64,000 nt of DNA from Candidatus Dojkabacteria bacterium (GCA_040767225.1 JAXGOY010000001.1:31128-95127), one strand, 5' to 3'; counted from the stretch's first letter, positions 39,850 through 50,743 are shown. Numbers and translations: made by a program. Notes: a model not told the origin generated them from the letters alone.

Positions 39850-41295
39850 GTGGAAGTATCTATAAATCTTACAGACAAAGAAATAAATAATAAGAAGCAT
39901 ACTAAAGAAGAGTCTCTTCAAACACATACAAAGAAGAAAAGACCTTTTCTAACAATTCTCTTTATCTTCCTTGTACTAATTATTGGAAGCGGGTTGTATT
40001 TTGGGTATAAAGGGTACATGACAGGAAAAGGAATAGGTCTTAATCTTTCTCCTAGTGATTTAATAGGAAAACAAAAAGAACCAGAATTAAAGAAAGACAG
40101 CACTGGAGTATATACTAATATATTAATTGTAGGGATAGATACAAGAACAAAGCTTAAAACATTAAATACAGATGTTATTATTGTTGCATCATATAATCAC
40201 AAAACAAAGGATGTTGTAATGATATCTATACCAAGAGACTTCTGTACAAAGGTAAATCCAAGTAAAACATCATATGGAAAGATTAATTCTGCATATTCAA
40301 TATATGAAGCAAAAGAAAAAGGTGGTGGTCTAGAGGGGTTAAAAGGTGTTGTAGAAGAAATTACAGGAATGGAAATTCAATACTATGCAATGATTAATTT
40401 TAATGGTTTTGTAGAACTTGTTGATGCAGTAGGAGGATTGTATATAAATGTTGAAAATAGTTTTACAGATTATAATTACCCTGCAGAAACAGGATATGGT
40501 ACACAAACAATATCCTTTAAAGCAGGTCCCCAGCTTATGAACGGAGATACTGCACTTAAATATGCGAGGTCAAGACAATCTCAACAGAATGGGGAAGGAT
40601 CAGATTATGCAAGAGCAAAAAGACAGCATAAAGTAATTGATGCCTTTATTAAAAAAGTTTTAAGCACAGAAACACTCCTTAATCCTAGCAAACTTATGTC
40701 CCTGCTTTCTTCTGTTCAGGATAATATAAAGATATCTGAATTTACTATTGATGATATTCAGGCAGGAGTCAATATATTAAAATCTCTATCTGGTGAAAAC
40801 TCTACATCATCAACATACTCCTTTGTACTTGACCCTACACTTGGAAACTACTCTCTAATTGGTCCACAAACAAGCTGTGGAGAGTATAATATAGGGCCGA
40901 AAGAGGGGTTAGGGAGATATACAAAAATTAAGGAATATATAAACCTTGCACTAAACTACCCTGCTCTTTATTCAGAGAATCCCTCTATATATTCATATGA
41001 CACAGGATTAGGGTACCAGAATACAAAAACAAAAACAGATGAATTAAAAACAAAGTTTAAATACCTAAATATTAGATTTCAAGGAACAAAGTTTAATGAT
41101 AAAGAAGGAGTATATATATACTCAAATACAACAGATAAATTCTCTAAATCAGTTGATATACTAGCAAGCTATCTTAAAATAACTAATAAAGTTAAACCAG
41201 AATATTTAACTACAGCAACAGGAGGTGATATCTCTATCCTTTTTGGAAAAGAGATAATACAAGATAATGCTGTAGAGATTCAACAAGGTGAATAA
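39850..41295 (+). CDS. LytR-CpsA-Psr (LCP) family protein
   Basis: NILIVGID, TDVII, ISIPRD, LVDAVGG, ALKYARSR, SDYARAKRQ. Confidence 0.92.
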   Translation: MEVSINLTDKEINNKKHTKEESLQTHTKKKRPFLTILFIFLVLIIGSGLYFGYKGYMTGKGIGLNLSPSDLIGKQKEPELKKDSTGVYTNILIVGIDTRTKLKTLNTDVIIVASYNHKTKDVVMISIPRDFCTKVNPSKTSYGKINSAYSIYEAKEKGGGLEGLKGVVEEITGMEIQYYAMINFNGFVELVDAVGGLYINVENSFTDYNYPAETGYGTQTISFKAGPQLMNGDTALKYARSRQSQQNGEGSDYARAKRQHKVIDAFIKKVLSTETLLNPSKLMSLLSSVQDNIKISEFTIDDIQAGVNILKSLSGENSTSSTYSFVLDPTLGNYSLIGPQTSCGEYNIGPKEGLGRYTKIKEYINLALNYPALYSENPSIYSYDTGLGYQNTKTKTDELKTKFKYLNIRFQGTKFNDKEGVYIYSNTTDKFSKSVDILASYLKITNKVKPEYLTTATGGDISILFGKEIIQDNAVEIQQGE

Positions 41296-42224
41296 TGTAC
41301 AAACTATATATAGGAAATGAAACATATCTTTCTCTGAAAAGGGCTCAAGAAGATATTAAAGAGCTTCTTAAAAATGAGAATTTAGAATATATATCTCTTG
41401 ATGCAGAGGAGACTGAAAGCTCTAAGATAATAGACTTACTCTCTTCTCAATCTTTGTTTAACTTACCAAGATTAATATTTCTTAAAAGACTTTATAAAAA
41501 TAAAGATAGAGAGAATTTAATTCCATATATACTTGAATTTCTTAAGAATAATACACCAGATAATATAATAATATGGGAAGATCAAAAGGTAAGCTCTGCT
41601 ACAAAATATGTAAAATTCTTTAAAACAACAAATACTCTTGTTGAAGTAAACAAGATGTATAAACCAGCATTCATAAAGTTTGCCAATGAGCTGTCTAAGG
41701 AGTATGGATTAGATATAAGTAGAGAGGTTCTTACTCTTCTTTGTACATACTCCAACTATGATACACAAAGATTAGAAAATAATATAAAGAAACTCTACTT
41801 ACTAGAATTAAATAAAAAAATAGAAGAAGAAGATGTAAAGAATATAATAGTTGACACTCTCGAAGATGATATATGGAAACTTCTTGATGAAATGAATAAA
41901 ACAGAAGGTCAACCATTAAAAATTTTAGAAAGAATACTAAGTCAAAGAGTTGATCCAAAGTATATATTTCCTATGATAGCAAGAAACATGAGATTAATTA
42001 CTATGACTAAATATCTACTAGATCACCACTACAAATATCCTGAAATAGCTTCAATAGTGAGAGTTCCTCCATTTACAGTTAAAACACTGGTTGAAGCAAG
42101 TGATAAATATGATTGGGACAAGATTATGAGTAAATATGAGAAACTCTGTAATCTTGATTATGAGATAAAAATAGGAAGAATAGACCCCAAGCTTGGGCTT
42201 ACTCTATTTTGTACAACAGTATAA
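41295..42224 (+). CDS. holA: DNA polymerase III delta subunit
   Basis: SQSLF, LENNIKKL, IWKLLD, VPPF, DYEIKIG pattern; rpsT lies nearby. Confidence 0.8.
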   Translation: MYKLYIGNETYLSLKRAQEDIKELLKNENLEYISLDAEETESSKIIDLLSSQSLFNLPRLIFLKRLYKNKDRENLIPYILEFLKNNTPDNIIIWEDQKVSSATKYVKFFKTTNTLVEVNKMYKPAFIKFANELSKEYGLDISREVLTLLCTYSNYDTQRLENNIKKLYLLELNKKIEEEDVKNIIVDTLEDDIWKLLDEMNKTEGQPLKILERILSQRVDPKYIFPMIARNMRLITMTKYLLDHHYKYPEIASIVRVPPFTVKTLVEASDKYDWDKIMSKYEKLCNLDYEIKIGRIDPKLGLTLFCTTV

Positions 42225-42233
42225 GGAAACTTG

Positions 42234-42262
42234 TTGACATGATATATATATTCTCATAAACT
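42234..42262 (+). promoter_or_regulatory. Putative sigma70 promoter
   Basis: TTGACA-17 nt-TAAACT, 36 nt upstream of the ATG at 42299. Confidence 0.7.
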
Positions 42263-42298
42263 TTATATACGTATATCAATACGTTAAGAAAACTTTAA

Positions 42299-44053
42299 AT
42301 GGAACCTACAGACAGGAAAACTAAAACAACATTAAAAAATTTAATGATAATAGGAGCCGTTCTCATTGTAGTATTAATCGTAGTGCTAGTATATTTCTTT
42401 GTAATAAAGGAGGATGAAACAGAAACTCCACAGCCAACAGCCGAAACGACATGTGGATGTTACATAATAGATCCCGCAGTAGTAAATGATTGTGGTGATC
42501 CTAAAAGAGCATTCATCTTCAACCTAAATACTGTTTCAGCAGATCAGGTATGTAATGCAAAATGTGATATTAATGATATAGCAGATAATCTCCTTAACTC
42601 TACAACTCCTAAGGAATCACTAAAAACATGCCCTGTGAGAAGCATATCAGATACAAGATGTGAAAATCTCATACTTAGAGATCAGGATGGAAAGATAATA
42701 ACAGGGAGAGTTAAACCTACGGATGAAATAAATGCAGAAGCAACTTTTGATAAATCTACCTATGTAGATTATACCTTTAAAGTAAATAGTGAGGATAGCA
42801 CTCCTGACAAAGTTGATGGAAATAAAATAACAAAGAAAATTACACCTCCACCAGCTGTTACCGCTATTGAGATAGTTGCAACAGCCAAAGATTCTCAAGG
42901 AGAACAAATAAATTCAATGGTATGTAGAAGAATTCTAGATGTTGAAACAAGTGGGGCAACAGCAGTAACTGGAATGACAGCTATAACAGAACAGCAATCT
43001 GACGGGAAAACAAAAATATCTCAAATAAGCATATCTGTTGGTCAACTTAATAGTGAAAATATAAAGATTAGATTCTCATTTGATCCCACATTTACAACAT
43101 TAACTGCAATAGATGGAATAATAGTAGATCCTACAAAAGGCACAATAGAGATGTCAAAACTTGATTTGTATGATCCAAACAATTTTAGCAATGATTCATT
43201 TAATATTCTTAATGACCATTTAGGAGAGCTTAACATAACAGCTGAGGTATTTGTAAATGAATCTAGTATAGGATCCGCAAGTACAACTGTAACATTTATA
43301 GACACTTCACCAGAAGAAGAACCACAACCAGAAGAACCGCAACCTCTTCCTGACTCAGAAAAGTCTAACTTTGTTGCAACAAAAGCGGTAGGACAATCGT
43401 GTGTACAAAGAACAGAAGGTACAAACTCTGCAACATATACAATTACTGTAAAAAATAACAGAGATGTACAAGATCAAATAGCTTCTGTAAAAGATAAATT
43501 ACCTCTTGGGTTTGTATATACAACTAATAGCTCAATAGTAAATGGAACAGCTATTGTAGATACTGATATGGTAAAAATTACAACCGTGGGTGATACACAA
43601 GAGATAATCTGGGAACCTTCTGCACCATGGAGCATACCAGCAGGAGGAACATTAACTATAGTATTCCAAGCAACAGCAGGAGCTAAATCATTAACAGGAC
43701 AAAATCTAAATGAGGTAATTGTAAACCCTGTCCAAATACCACTAGACCCTTCTACTCTACGATCTCAAGTATACATAGTTGTAGCACAAGATTGTGCTAA
43801 TATTACTGATGAAGAAAAAGAAATACCGAAGACAGGAATATTTGACAGCTTTATTGGAAGAATTGCAGTTGGAATATTCATAATTATAATCGGGTGGATA
43901 ATATATGTAAGACCAGAAGGAACACTCCTTACTGAAAAAATTATCACATCAAAAGCATACGATGACTTTGAGTTTAGAAAAAGTAAAATAACAAATCCAA
44001 AGAAATATTTTGAAGAAAAAGTCTTAAGAAAAAACTCTAAAGGGAATCGATAG
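42299..44053 (+). CDS. DUF11-like surface protein with IPKTG sorting-like signal
   Basis: N-terminal TM, Cys-rich domain, DUF11-like ATYTITVKN..VKDKLPLGFVY, IPKTG at 43823-43837 followed by a TM and basic tail. Confidence 0.78.
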   Translation: MEPTDRKTKTTLKNLMIIGAVLIVVLIVVLVYFFVIKEDETETPQPTAETTCGCYIIDPAVVNDCGDPKRAFIFNLNTVSADQVCNAKCDINDIADNLLNSTTPKESLKTCPVRSISDTRCENLILRDQDGKIITGRVKPTDEINAEATFDKSTYVDYTFKVNSEDSTPDKVDGNKITKKITPPPAVTAIEIVATAKDSQGEQINSMVCRRILDVETSGATAVTGMTAITEQQSDGKTKISQISISVGQLNSENIKIRFSFDPTFTTLTAIDGIIVDPTKGTIEMSKLDLYDPNNFSNDSFNILNDHLGELNITAEVFVNESSIGSASTTVTFIDTSPEEEPQPEEPQPLPDSEKSNFVATKAVGQSCVQRTEGTNSATYTITVKNNRDVQDQIASVKDKLPLGFVYTTNSSIVNGTAIVDTDMVKITTVGDTQEIIWEPSAPWSIPAGGTLTIVFQATAGAKSLTGQNLNEVIVNPVQIPLDPSTLRSQVYIVVAQDCANITDEEKEIPKTGIFDSFIGRIAVGIFIIIIGWIIYVRPEGTLLTEKIITSKAYDDFEFRKSKITNPKKYFEEKVLRKNSKGNR

Positions 44054-44432
44054 AAAACTGTAAAGGAAGTCCATCTTTACCATAAATCACATCATTTGAA
44101 ACTATAACAAAATAGTATTTTTTAGTACTTACTAAGTTTTGAATAGTTACCCTATGCTCATTACTCTTTATCTCATTTTCTAAATCTACTGCAACCATAT
44201 CTAATCCCCCTACTTCTTTACCATATAAAATATATGCTGAACATTTCTCTTTGCTTTTCCATGAAATAACAACAGAGCTTGGAGATTCTCCCTTTTTAAT
44301 CTCAATATTGTAAGGAGTACAACCTTCTACATATACAGAGTCTTGCGAAGCAGATGATTTAATTACAAACAGTGAAATAACTGAAATAAATACTATTAAT
44401 ATAACAATTGTTATTACCCATTTATTCTTCAT
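44037..44432 (-). CDS. Small exported FN3-like protein
   Basis: N-terminal TM; SVVISWKS...HRVTIQNL..TKKYYFVIVS resembles the modules of 22186-23790. Confidence 0.7.
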   Translation of the reverse strand: MKNKWVITIVILIVFISVISLFVIKSSASQDSVYVEGCTPYNIEIKKGESPSSVVISWKSKEKCSAYILYGKEVGGLDMVAVDLENEIKSNEHRVTIQNLVSTKKYYFVIVSNDVIYGKDGLPLQFSIDSL

Positions 44433-44823
44433 ACTCTTTTACAATTATATAATCAGTTAAAGTGTAACTATTACTACTGCCATATGCCGTTATTTCCACT
44501 TTATAAGTTCCGACATCAGTAATACTTGGAACACCTGCAATACCCATATCATCTGTTACCTTAAGCCAAGGTGCACCATCAACCGTTATTATAACATTAT
44601 CTGAACTGCATCCTGCTATCATAGGGTAAAAAGAATACTCCTCCCAAACATATGCAACTCTTGGTATCTCATTAATTATATATGGCACACATCCACTCTC
44701 TTGTACACTTACTCCTTTAACTTCTTCCTCTTTCTTAGAAGCTAAATGTATGCAGGAAGCAATAGCAGCTGTAGGAATCAGTATGCAGAAGATAATGAGT
44801 AGTACCTTTTTAGTATTTATCAT
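44422..44823 (-). CDS. Small exported Ig-like protein
   Basis: Start at MINTKK; TM; APWLKV...IAGVP..DVGTYKVEITA putative Ig motif. Confidence 0.65.
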   Translation of the reverse strand: MINTKKVLLIIFCILIPTAAIASCIHLASKKEEEVKGVSVQESGCVPYIINEIPRVAYVWEEYSFYPMIAGCSSDNVIITVDGAPWLKVTDDMGIAGVPSITDVGTYKVEITAYGSSNSYTLTDYIIVKEYEE

Positions 44824-44928
44824 ATCTATTAACAAGTGTATCAATAAAATCTGCTGTTTACAAACATTCCAGTTATATATATAATACAGCACAGTTATCA
44901 ATGATTTAATAATATATTTTTACATATC

Positions 44929-45225
44929 ATGCCAAATCTAAAAACATCAATAAAAGACCTAAGAAGTACAAAAAGAAAAACTGTTTACAACGACAGATTA
45001 AGAAAAAGAATTAAAAGGTCGGAAAAGAATTTTAAAGATAATATAAAAGAAGGAGATAAAGAAAGGGCAGAAGCATCCTTAAAACAAACTTATAAGGTTC
45101 TTGACAAAGCAGCTAAGAAAAATGTTATAAAAAAGGGTAAGGCAAGTCGAAAAAAATCAAGACTTGCAAGTCAACTTAATAAACTGTCCAAAGATAATGT
45201 CAAAACTACTCAAAAGAGCGCTTAA
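44929..45225 (+). CDS. rpsT: 30S ribosomal protein S20
   Basis: MPNLKTSIK, LDKAAKKNVIKKGKASRKKSRL. Confidence 0.95.
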   Translation: MPNLKTSIKDLRSTKRKTVYNDRLRKRIKRSEKNFKDNIKEGDKERAEASLKQTYKVLDKAAKKNVIKKGKASRKKSRLASQLNKLSKDNVKTTQKSA

Positions 45226-45745
45226 AAGTTCCATATTTCCTGCAATACTAATGATTGCAGCTAAAACATTGGGAATTTTTATCGTTTCTATAAAATACGG
45301 ATACACTGTAGAGATAGGTAATGATGTAGGAGGAGTATTTTCAACTCAGCTATATTTTGATAATCCTCAAACTGCATACTTCGTTAACTCAATATCAGAT
45401 TTAATCATGCTTCTTGCAATAGCACTCCCTACTGCATATCAAGTAATTAAGGTAGTTCTTTTTCAGAGTACATTTACTAACCCAAGAACAATAGTTAAGA
45501 TAGCACAATTTAACATCTTAAAATGGGTAACAAAAGATGATACAAACTTTGTTCAAATCTTTGTATGGTGTATATTCCTTTGGCTTTGCAGTGGAGTAGT
45601 AATTAAAAATGCACTTCAAGGAGATACATATACATGGATTGCATATCTTGCAGGGGTATTTTCACTTCTCTGCGGATTAGGTATACTAAAAGCATTTGAA
45701 ATAGAAATAAACAGGGTATATCCTGATAGTAAGAAATATTACTAA
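45197..45745 (+). CDS. Four-TM hypothetical membrane protein
   Basis: Start at MSKLLK overlapping the rpsT end; four hydrophobic segments. Confidence 0.7.
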   Translation: MSKLLKRALKSSIFPAILMIAAKTLGIFIVSIKYGYTVEIGNDVGGVFSTQLYFDNPQTAYFVNSISDLIMLLAIALPTAYQVIKVVLFQSTFTNPRTIVKIAQFNILKWVTKDDTNFVQIFVWCIFLWLCSGVVIKNALQGDTYTWIAYLAGVFSLLCGLGILKAFEIEINRVYPDSKKYY

Positions 45746-46299
45746 TGAAAAATAATAAACTTAAAAAAACTCTTTCTTTAGTTATTGAACCAATAGCATT
45801 GGGATTACTTGCACTTCTTTTTATAATCCCCACTATAACAGTAATGAATTTAAAACCTCTTGCTAAAAAGATTAAAGATGTTGATGTCCTTGGTTTAAGT
45901 CAAAATGCACAGGTAGAAATAACTCTTGTAGGAGGAACACATCAAATATTTAGTCAGGAAAAGCTTGAACAAGAAGAAGATGGAACATATAAATACACTA
46001 CAATTATCACAAGCAGAGATGCAAACAGATACTCCAAACCTATACTTGAAATAAAAAATGGAAAATCATCAAGTGTAAAACTAGAGGTATATGGATATAC
46101 AGACCTTCCTACACATTCGGACATTTCTTTAATAATTAATGACCAGATATACAGAATTCAAAATCCTGAGGGGAATACAATAACACAAAGAATTCTTCTG
46201 GAACCTAACCAGAAATACATAGTATATCTTGCCATTGAAAACTTCTCAAATGTGAAGTTTAACGAAGACTTTACACTTGAGATAAAAGAGATTGAGTAA
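45745..46299 (+). CDS. Membrane-anchored hypothetical protein
   Basis: TAATG coupling to the upstream gene; N-terminal TM then DVLG and a beta-rich domain. Confidence 0.7.
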   Translation: MKNNKLKKTLSLVIEPIALGLLALLFIIPTITVMNLKPLAKKIKDVDVLGLSQNAQVEITLVGGTHQIFSQEKLEQEEDGTYKYTTIITSRDANRYSKPILEIKNGKSSSVKLEVYGYTDLPTHSDISLIINDQIYRIQNPEGNTITQRILLEPNQKYIVYLAIENFSNVKFNEDFTLEIKEIE

Positions 46300-46346
46300 T
46301 ATATAGTATCCTTTTGTATTGTAAATATAATATAATTACCCATATT

Positions 46347-48170
46347 ATGGGTAATACAGATTTAAATAAAATAAGAAATTTCTCAATAATTGCACATATA
46401 GATCATGGGAAATCTACACTAGCAGACAGGATATTAGAGTTGTGCAATGTTAATATATCCAGAGATAAAAGAAAGTCTAGAATACTTGATAGATTAGAGT
46501 TAGAACAAGAGAAAGGAATTACAATAAAACTTCAAGCATGTACAATGAACTGGAATGGATATGAACTCAATCTCATAGATACCCCTGGGCATGTTGATTT
46601 CTCATATGAAGTATCACGCTCACTTGCTGCATGCGAAGGAGCAATACTTCTTGTTGATGCTTCTCAAGGTATACAGGCACAAACAATATCAAATGCACAA
46701 AAAGCAATGGAGCTAGGATTAAAATTAATCCCTGCAATAAACAAAATAGATTTACCCAATATAAATATAAAAGAAAGAGAAGATGAACTTGTACAACTTC
46801 TTGGTTTTAAAAGAGAAGATATTCTTAAAGTATCAGGAAAAACAGGAGAGGGTGTAAAAGAGTTACTTGATGCAGTAATTGAGAAATGCCCTCCTCCAAA
46901 GGGTGATTCTAACAAACCACTTAAAGCATTAATATTTGACTCTTTTTATGATGAACATAAAGGAGTGGTCGTCGCTGTAAGAATATTTGATGGGGAAATA
47001 AAGTACATTCCAAACAAAACCAAAGAGCTGTATATCCTTCAGATGAAAACATCCTTTAAACCAACAGAAATAGGAATATTTACTCCAACTATGAAAGAAA
47101 CAAATGAACTATGTGCTGGAGATGTGGGGTATATTGCTACTGGATTTAAAGATATAACAATGTTTACAGTAGGAGATACAATATCAGATAGCATGAATAC
47201 ACTACCACTTCCAGGGTATAAAGTACCAAAACCAAATGTATATGCTACTTTCTTTCCTACTGATATTGACCAGTACGAATCTTTAAAAATAGGATTAAGC
47301 AAATTAAGTATGAATGATGCTGCACTTACATTCTCTGAACAAAGATCCAATCTTCTTGGTACAGGGTTTAGATGTGGATTCTTAGGTCTTCTACATATGG
47401 AAATAATACAAGAAAGATTAGAAGAGGAGTACGATGTAAGTTTAATAATTACAGCACCAACAGTAGAGTATAAAGTGATAAAGACAGATGGTACAAAAAT
47501 TGACATACAGACACCACAAGAATTACCAGACCCCTCTGAAATTACTCAAATACTTGAACCATGGGTAAGACTTAAAATCATGACACCAAGTAAATACATG
47601 GGGGCAATAATGGAAATGTGCCAATACAAAAGAGGAGAGTATGTCAATACAACATATCTACCTACTTTCTCAGACAAAATACAAACAAAAGATCAGTATA
47701 TCATCCTAGAATATGATATCCCTCTAGCATCATTAGTATCCAATTTTTTTGATATGCTAAAAAACAAATCAAGCGGATATGCCTCTATGGAGTATGAGTT
47801 TATAGATTTCTTCCCAGTAGACCTTGTTAAAGTTTCAATACTTGTTAACCATGAGGAAATTCCAGCATTAAGTTTTCTTGAGACAAAAGAGAATGCACAA
47901 ACAAAAGCAGCAAAACTACTAGAAGTTATGAAAGAAGAAATACCAAGACAACAGTTCCCTATTCCTCTTCAAGCAGCAATAGGAGGTAAAATAATAGCAA
48001 GAGAGGATGTGAAAGGATACAGAAAAGATGTTACTGCTAAACTGTATGGAGGAGACTATACAAGAAAATTAAAACTTCTTGAAAAACAAAAGAAAGGTAA
48101 AAAAAGATTAAAACAGATAGGACAAGTAAATATTCCTCAAGAAGCATTTTTAAGTATATTGAAAATATAA
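46347..48170 (+). CDS. lepA: Elongation factor 4 (LepA)
   Basis: [58 protein letters not shown]. Confidence 0.97.
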   Translation: MGNTDLNKIRNFSIIAHIDHGKSTLADRILELCNVNISRDKRKSRILDRLELEQEKGITIKLQACTMNWNGYELNLIDTPGHVDFSYEVSRSLAACEGAILLVDASQGIQAQTISNAQKAMELGLKLIPAINKIDLPNINIKEREDELVQLLGFKREDILKVSGKTGEGVKELLDAVIEKCPPPKGDSNKPLKALIFDSFYDEHKGVVVAVRIFDGEIKYIPNKTKELYILQMKTSFKPTEIGIFTPTMKETNELCAGDVGYIATGFKDITMFTVGDTISDSMNTLPLPGYKVPKPNVYATFFPTDIDQYESLKIGLSKLSMNDAALTFSEQRSNLLGTGFRCGFLGLLHMEIIQERLEEEYDVSLIITAPTVEYKVIKTDGTKIDIQTPQELPDPSEITQILEPWVRLKIMTPSKYMGAIMEMCQYKRGEYVNTTYLPTFSDKIQTKDQYIILEYDIPLASLVSNFFDMLKNKSSGYASMEYEFIDFFPVDLVKVSILVNHEEIPALSFLETKENAQTKAAKLLEVMKEEIPRQQFPIPLQAAIGGKIIAREDVKGYRKDVTAKLYGGDYTRKLKLLEKQKKGKKRLKQIGQVNIPQEAFLSILKI

Positions 48171-49243
48171 TGATTGAAACATTAACACTTCAAAATTTTA
48201 GAAAGTTTAAAAACAAAACCTTTGAGTTTAATAAAAACACAGTTATTCTTTACGGTCATAATGCACAAGGTAAAAGCTCAGTACTTGAAGCTATATATCT
48301 AATCAGTACAGGAGTATCTCCATGGGCATCATCAAATGAGTATATTAACTTAAACCAAAATAGCCAGACACATGCACGTATAGAAACAATAGAAAATGGA
48401 AAATCATATGTATACTTTAAAAATAAAGATAAAAGAGTATTAAAAATAGAAGGGAAGAATACAAGTGCTAGAAAATTTTTTGAAAATAGGTCTGCAAATA
48501 TATTTAATCCCGAACAAATAGATCTGTTAATGATATCTCCTTCTGAAAGAAGAAACTTCCTTGATAATATAATATTAAAATATGACTATGAGTATGAAAC
48601 ACTTCTTAGAGATTTTCACAAAATATTAAGACAAAGAAATGCATATTTAAAAAAACTCTCAAAGCTCTTCTATGATAAAGGAATAATCGCCGTAAATGAC
48701 CCTCAGTTAAACTTTTGGAGTAATCATTTTTGCCTTACATCTGCACATATACTTAAGAGCAGAATACTTTTAACAAAAGAATTATCTCTAAATGAATATG
48801 AGGTAAAGTATAAAACAAAAATAGATTTTGATAAAAGAAAAATAAACAATGTTGAATATCTTAAAGAGTGTATAGAGAGAGATTTAGAGTCTAGTAAGAA
48901 GAGGGACATAGCAACAGGATATACAAATATAGGCCCGCATAGAGATGACTGGGATATATTTAATGATAAAGATATTAAGAAATTTGGGTCAAGAGGAGAG
49001 AAAAGGTTAGCAATAGGGAATTTAATCTTTGAAATACAGAATATTGTATACAGAAAGACATCAAGTTACCCTATCCTCCTTCTTGATGATATTGCTTCAG
49101 AATTAGATATAGTCAATATTAAAAAAATACTACCTAAGAAAATATTAAACAAACAACAGACCTTTATTACAACAATTGATTTTAAGCATTTACCAAAAGA
49201 AATTATAAAAGATGCACAATTAATACATCTAGATGAAAAGTAA
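48170..49243 (+). CDS. recF: DNA replication/repair protein RecF
   Basis: LQNFR, GHNAQGKS, SPSERRNFLD, GPHRDD, GSRGEKR, LLLDDIASELD. Confidence 0.93.
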   Translation: MIETLTLQNFRKFKNKTFEFNKNTVILYGHNAQGKSSVLEAIYLISTGVSPWASSNEYINLNQNSQTHARIETIENGKSYVYFKNKDKRVLKIEGKNTSARKFFENRSANIFNPEQIDLLMISPSERRNFLDNIILKYDYEYETLLRDFHKILRQRNAYLKKLSKLFYDKGIIAVNDPQLNFWSNHFCLTSAHILKSRILLTKELSLNEYEVKYKTKIDFDKRKINNVEYLKECIERDLESSKKRDIATGYTNIGPHRDDWDIFNDKDIKKFGSRGEKRLAIGNLIFEIQNIVYRKTSSYPILLLDDIASELDIVNIKKILPKKILNKQQTFITTIDFKHLPKEIIKDAQLIHLDEK

Positions 49244-49294
49244 TATAATATCTCCACTATTTCTTTTAATTCTGATAAACTAGATATACGGAAT

Positions 49295-50098
49295 ATGAGA
49301 CAGCATGCTATACCACAAAACATTTTAGATGTTGAATTTAAGATTTTTACTAAGTTCACACTTAAAGAATTTGCTTACTTAGGAATAGGTGTAGGCATAG
49401 GAGGAGTATTTTTGTACTTTACAACTAAGGGACAGTTCCCTGGTATTGTAGGTGTTCCCCTGTTTATTCTCTTCTCAAGCATAGGGGTGTTCTTTGCACT
49501 TGTTCCAATAAATGATCAGCCTGCTGACAAGTTCATATCTAATTTCTTCTATGCAGTTAATCGTCCTACTCAAAGGGTATGGCTTAACAAAGAGTTAAAA
49601 GATGAAAGAACTAAACCTGCAATACAACCTGAAAAGAAAAAACAAAAAATATTTGGGGGATCTAAAATTGATCAAACAGGACAGGAGGTATATACTGAAA
49701 GTTCAGAGAAGAAGCAACCTGTACAACAAACTGTAGAGCAAGTAATTCCTTCTGCACAAGTTTCTACTAATGAGAAAATAATAATAAATGAAGAAAATAT
49801 ATCTAAGTATCAATTTAAAATTCAAAGTGTAGATAAACTACCTGGAAATATTAATCTGTGGTTATGTACAAAAGACAATCAGCCTATTCCTAATGTCCAG
49901 ACATATTTAAAAGACAAAGATGGAAAACTCCTTTATGCAAACAAAACAGGAAAGAATGGATACTTTCTTACTAATAAGGAGTATCCTGAAGGAATATATA
50001 ATATTGAATTTGAAGGAGCACCCTTTACAATACCTCCCATAAGTATTGTACTTACAAAAAATATGGGTAAATTACCTTATAGAATAGAAGTAAAATAA
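49295..50098 (+). CDS. PrgI-family (VirB3-like) membrane protein with C-terminal beta domain
   Basis: QHAIPQNILDVEFKIF..FTLKEFAYL followed by two TMs and PINDQP; directly upstream of a VirB4-like gene. Confidence 0.72.
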   Translation: MRQHAIPQNILDVEFKIFTKFTLKEFAYLGIGVGIGGVFLYFTTKGQFPGIVGVPLFILFSSIGVFFALVPINDQPADKFISNFFYAVNRPTQRVWLNKELKDERTKPAIQPEKKKQKIFGGSKIDQTGQEVYTESSEKKQPVQQTVEQVIPSAQVSTNEKIIINEENISKYQFKIQSVDKLPGNINLWLCTKDNQPIPNVQTYLKDKDGKLLYANKTGKNGYFLTNKEYPEGIYNIEFEGAPFTIPPISIVLTKNMGKLPYRIEVK

Positions 50099-50742
50099 TG
50101 GACGCAAATGCAAGAGCAAGAACAACAGCATCAACACAAGATCACCTTGAAATAAAGGATATTGTAGATGATTTAGTAATTACTAAAAGCGGAACTGTAG
50201 CAATGGTAATCCAAACATCAGCAATTAACTTTGATCTTTTAGCTGAATATGAGCAGGATAGTAAAATATTTGCATTTGCAGGACTTCTTAATTCTTTAAA
50301 CTTCCACATACAGATATTAATAAGAACAAGAAGAATAGATATTTCTAATTATGTAGACTATCTTAAAAATCAAGAGAAAGCCGATATGACACCAGGACTA
50401 AAAAAACAGCTAAACATATATACACAATTTATTCAGAGATTAATTATTGAAAATGATGTACTTGATAAAAACTTCTTTCTAGTTATCCCTTACAACCCTG
50501 GAGGAAGTATGCCTACTGCTAACATATTAAAATCCAAAAAGTCTAAACAAGAAATTGAACAGAATATGCAAATGAAACAGAGTCAACTTTTAGAAAAAGC
50601 AAAAATATTTCTCTTTCCTAAAAGAGACCATATACTCAAACAGCTAAATAGAATGGGTTTGGGAGGAAAACAGCTTACAACAAAAGAATTAATTACAGAG
50701 TTTTACACTATATATAATCCAGAAGAAGAAAGAGGAGAATAA
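50098..50742 (+). CDS. VirB4-associated protein (TraC/TraE N-terminal-like)
   Basis: STQDHLEIKDI, INFDL, LNSLNFHIQI, FFLVIPY; coupled between prgI and virB4. Confidence 0.6.
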   Translation: MDANARARTTASTQDHLEIKDIVDDLVITKSGTVAMVIQTSAINFDLLAEYEQDSKIFAFAGLLNSLNFHIQILIRTRRIDISNYVDYLKNQEKADMTPGLKKQLNIYTQFIQRLIIENDVLDKNFFLVIPYNPGGSMPTANILKSKKSKQEIEQNMQMKQSQLLEKAKIFLFPKRDHILKQLNRMGLGGKQLTTKELITEFYTIYNPEEERGE

Positions 50743-50743
50743 T

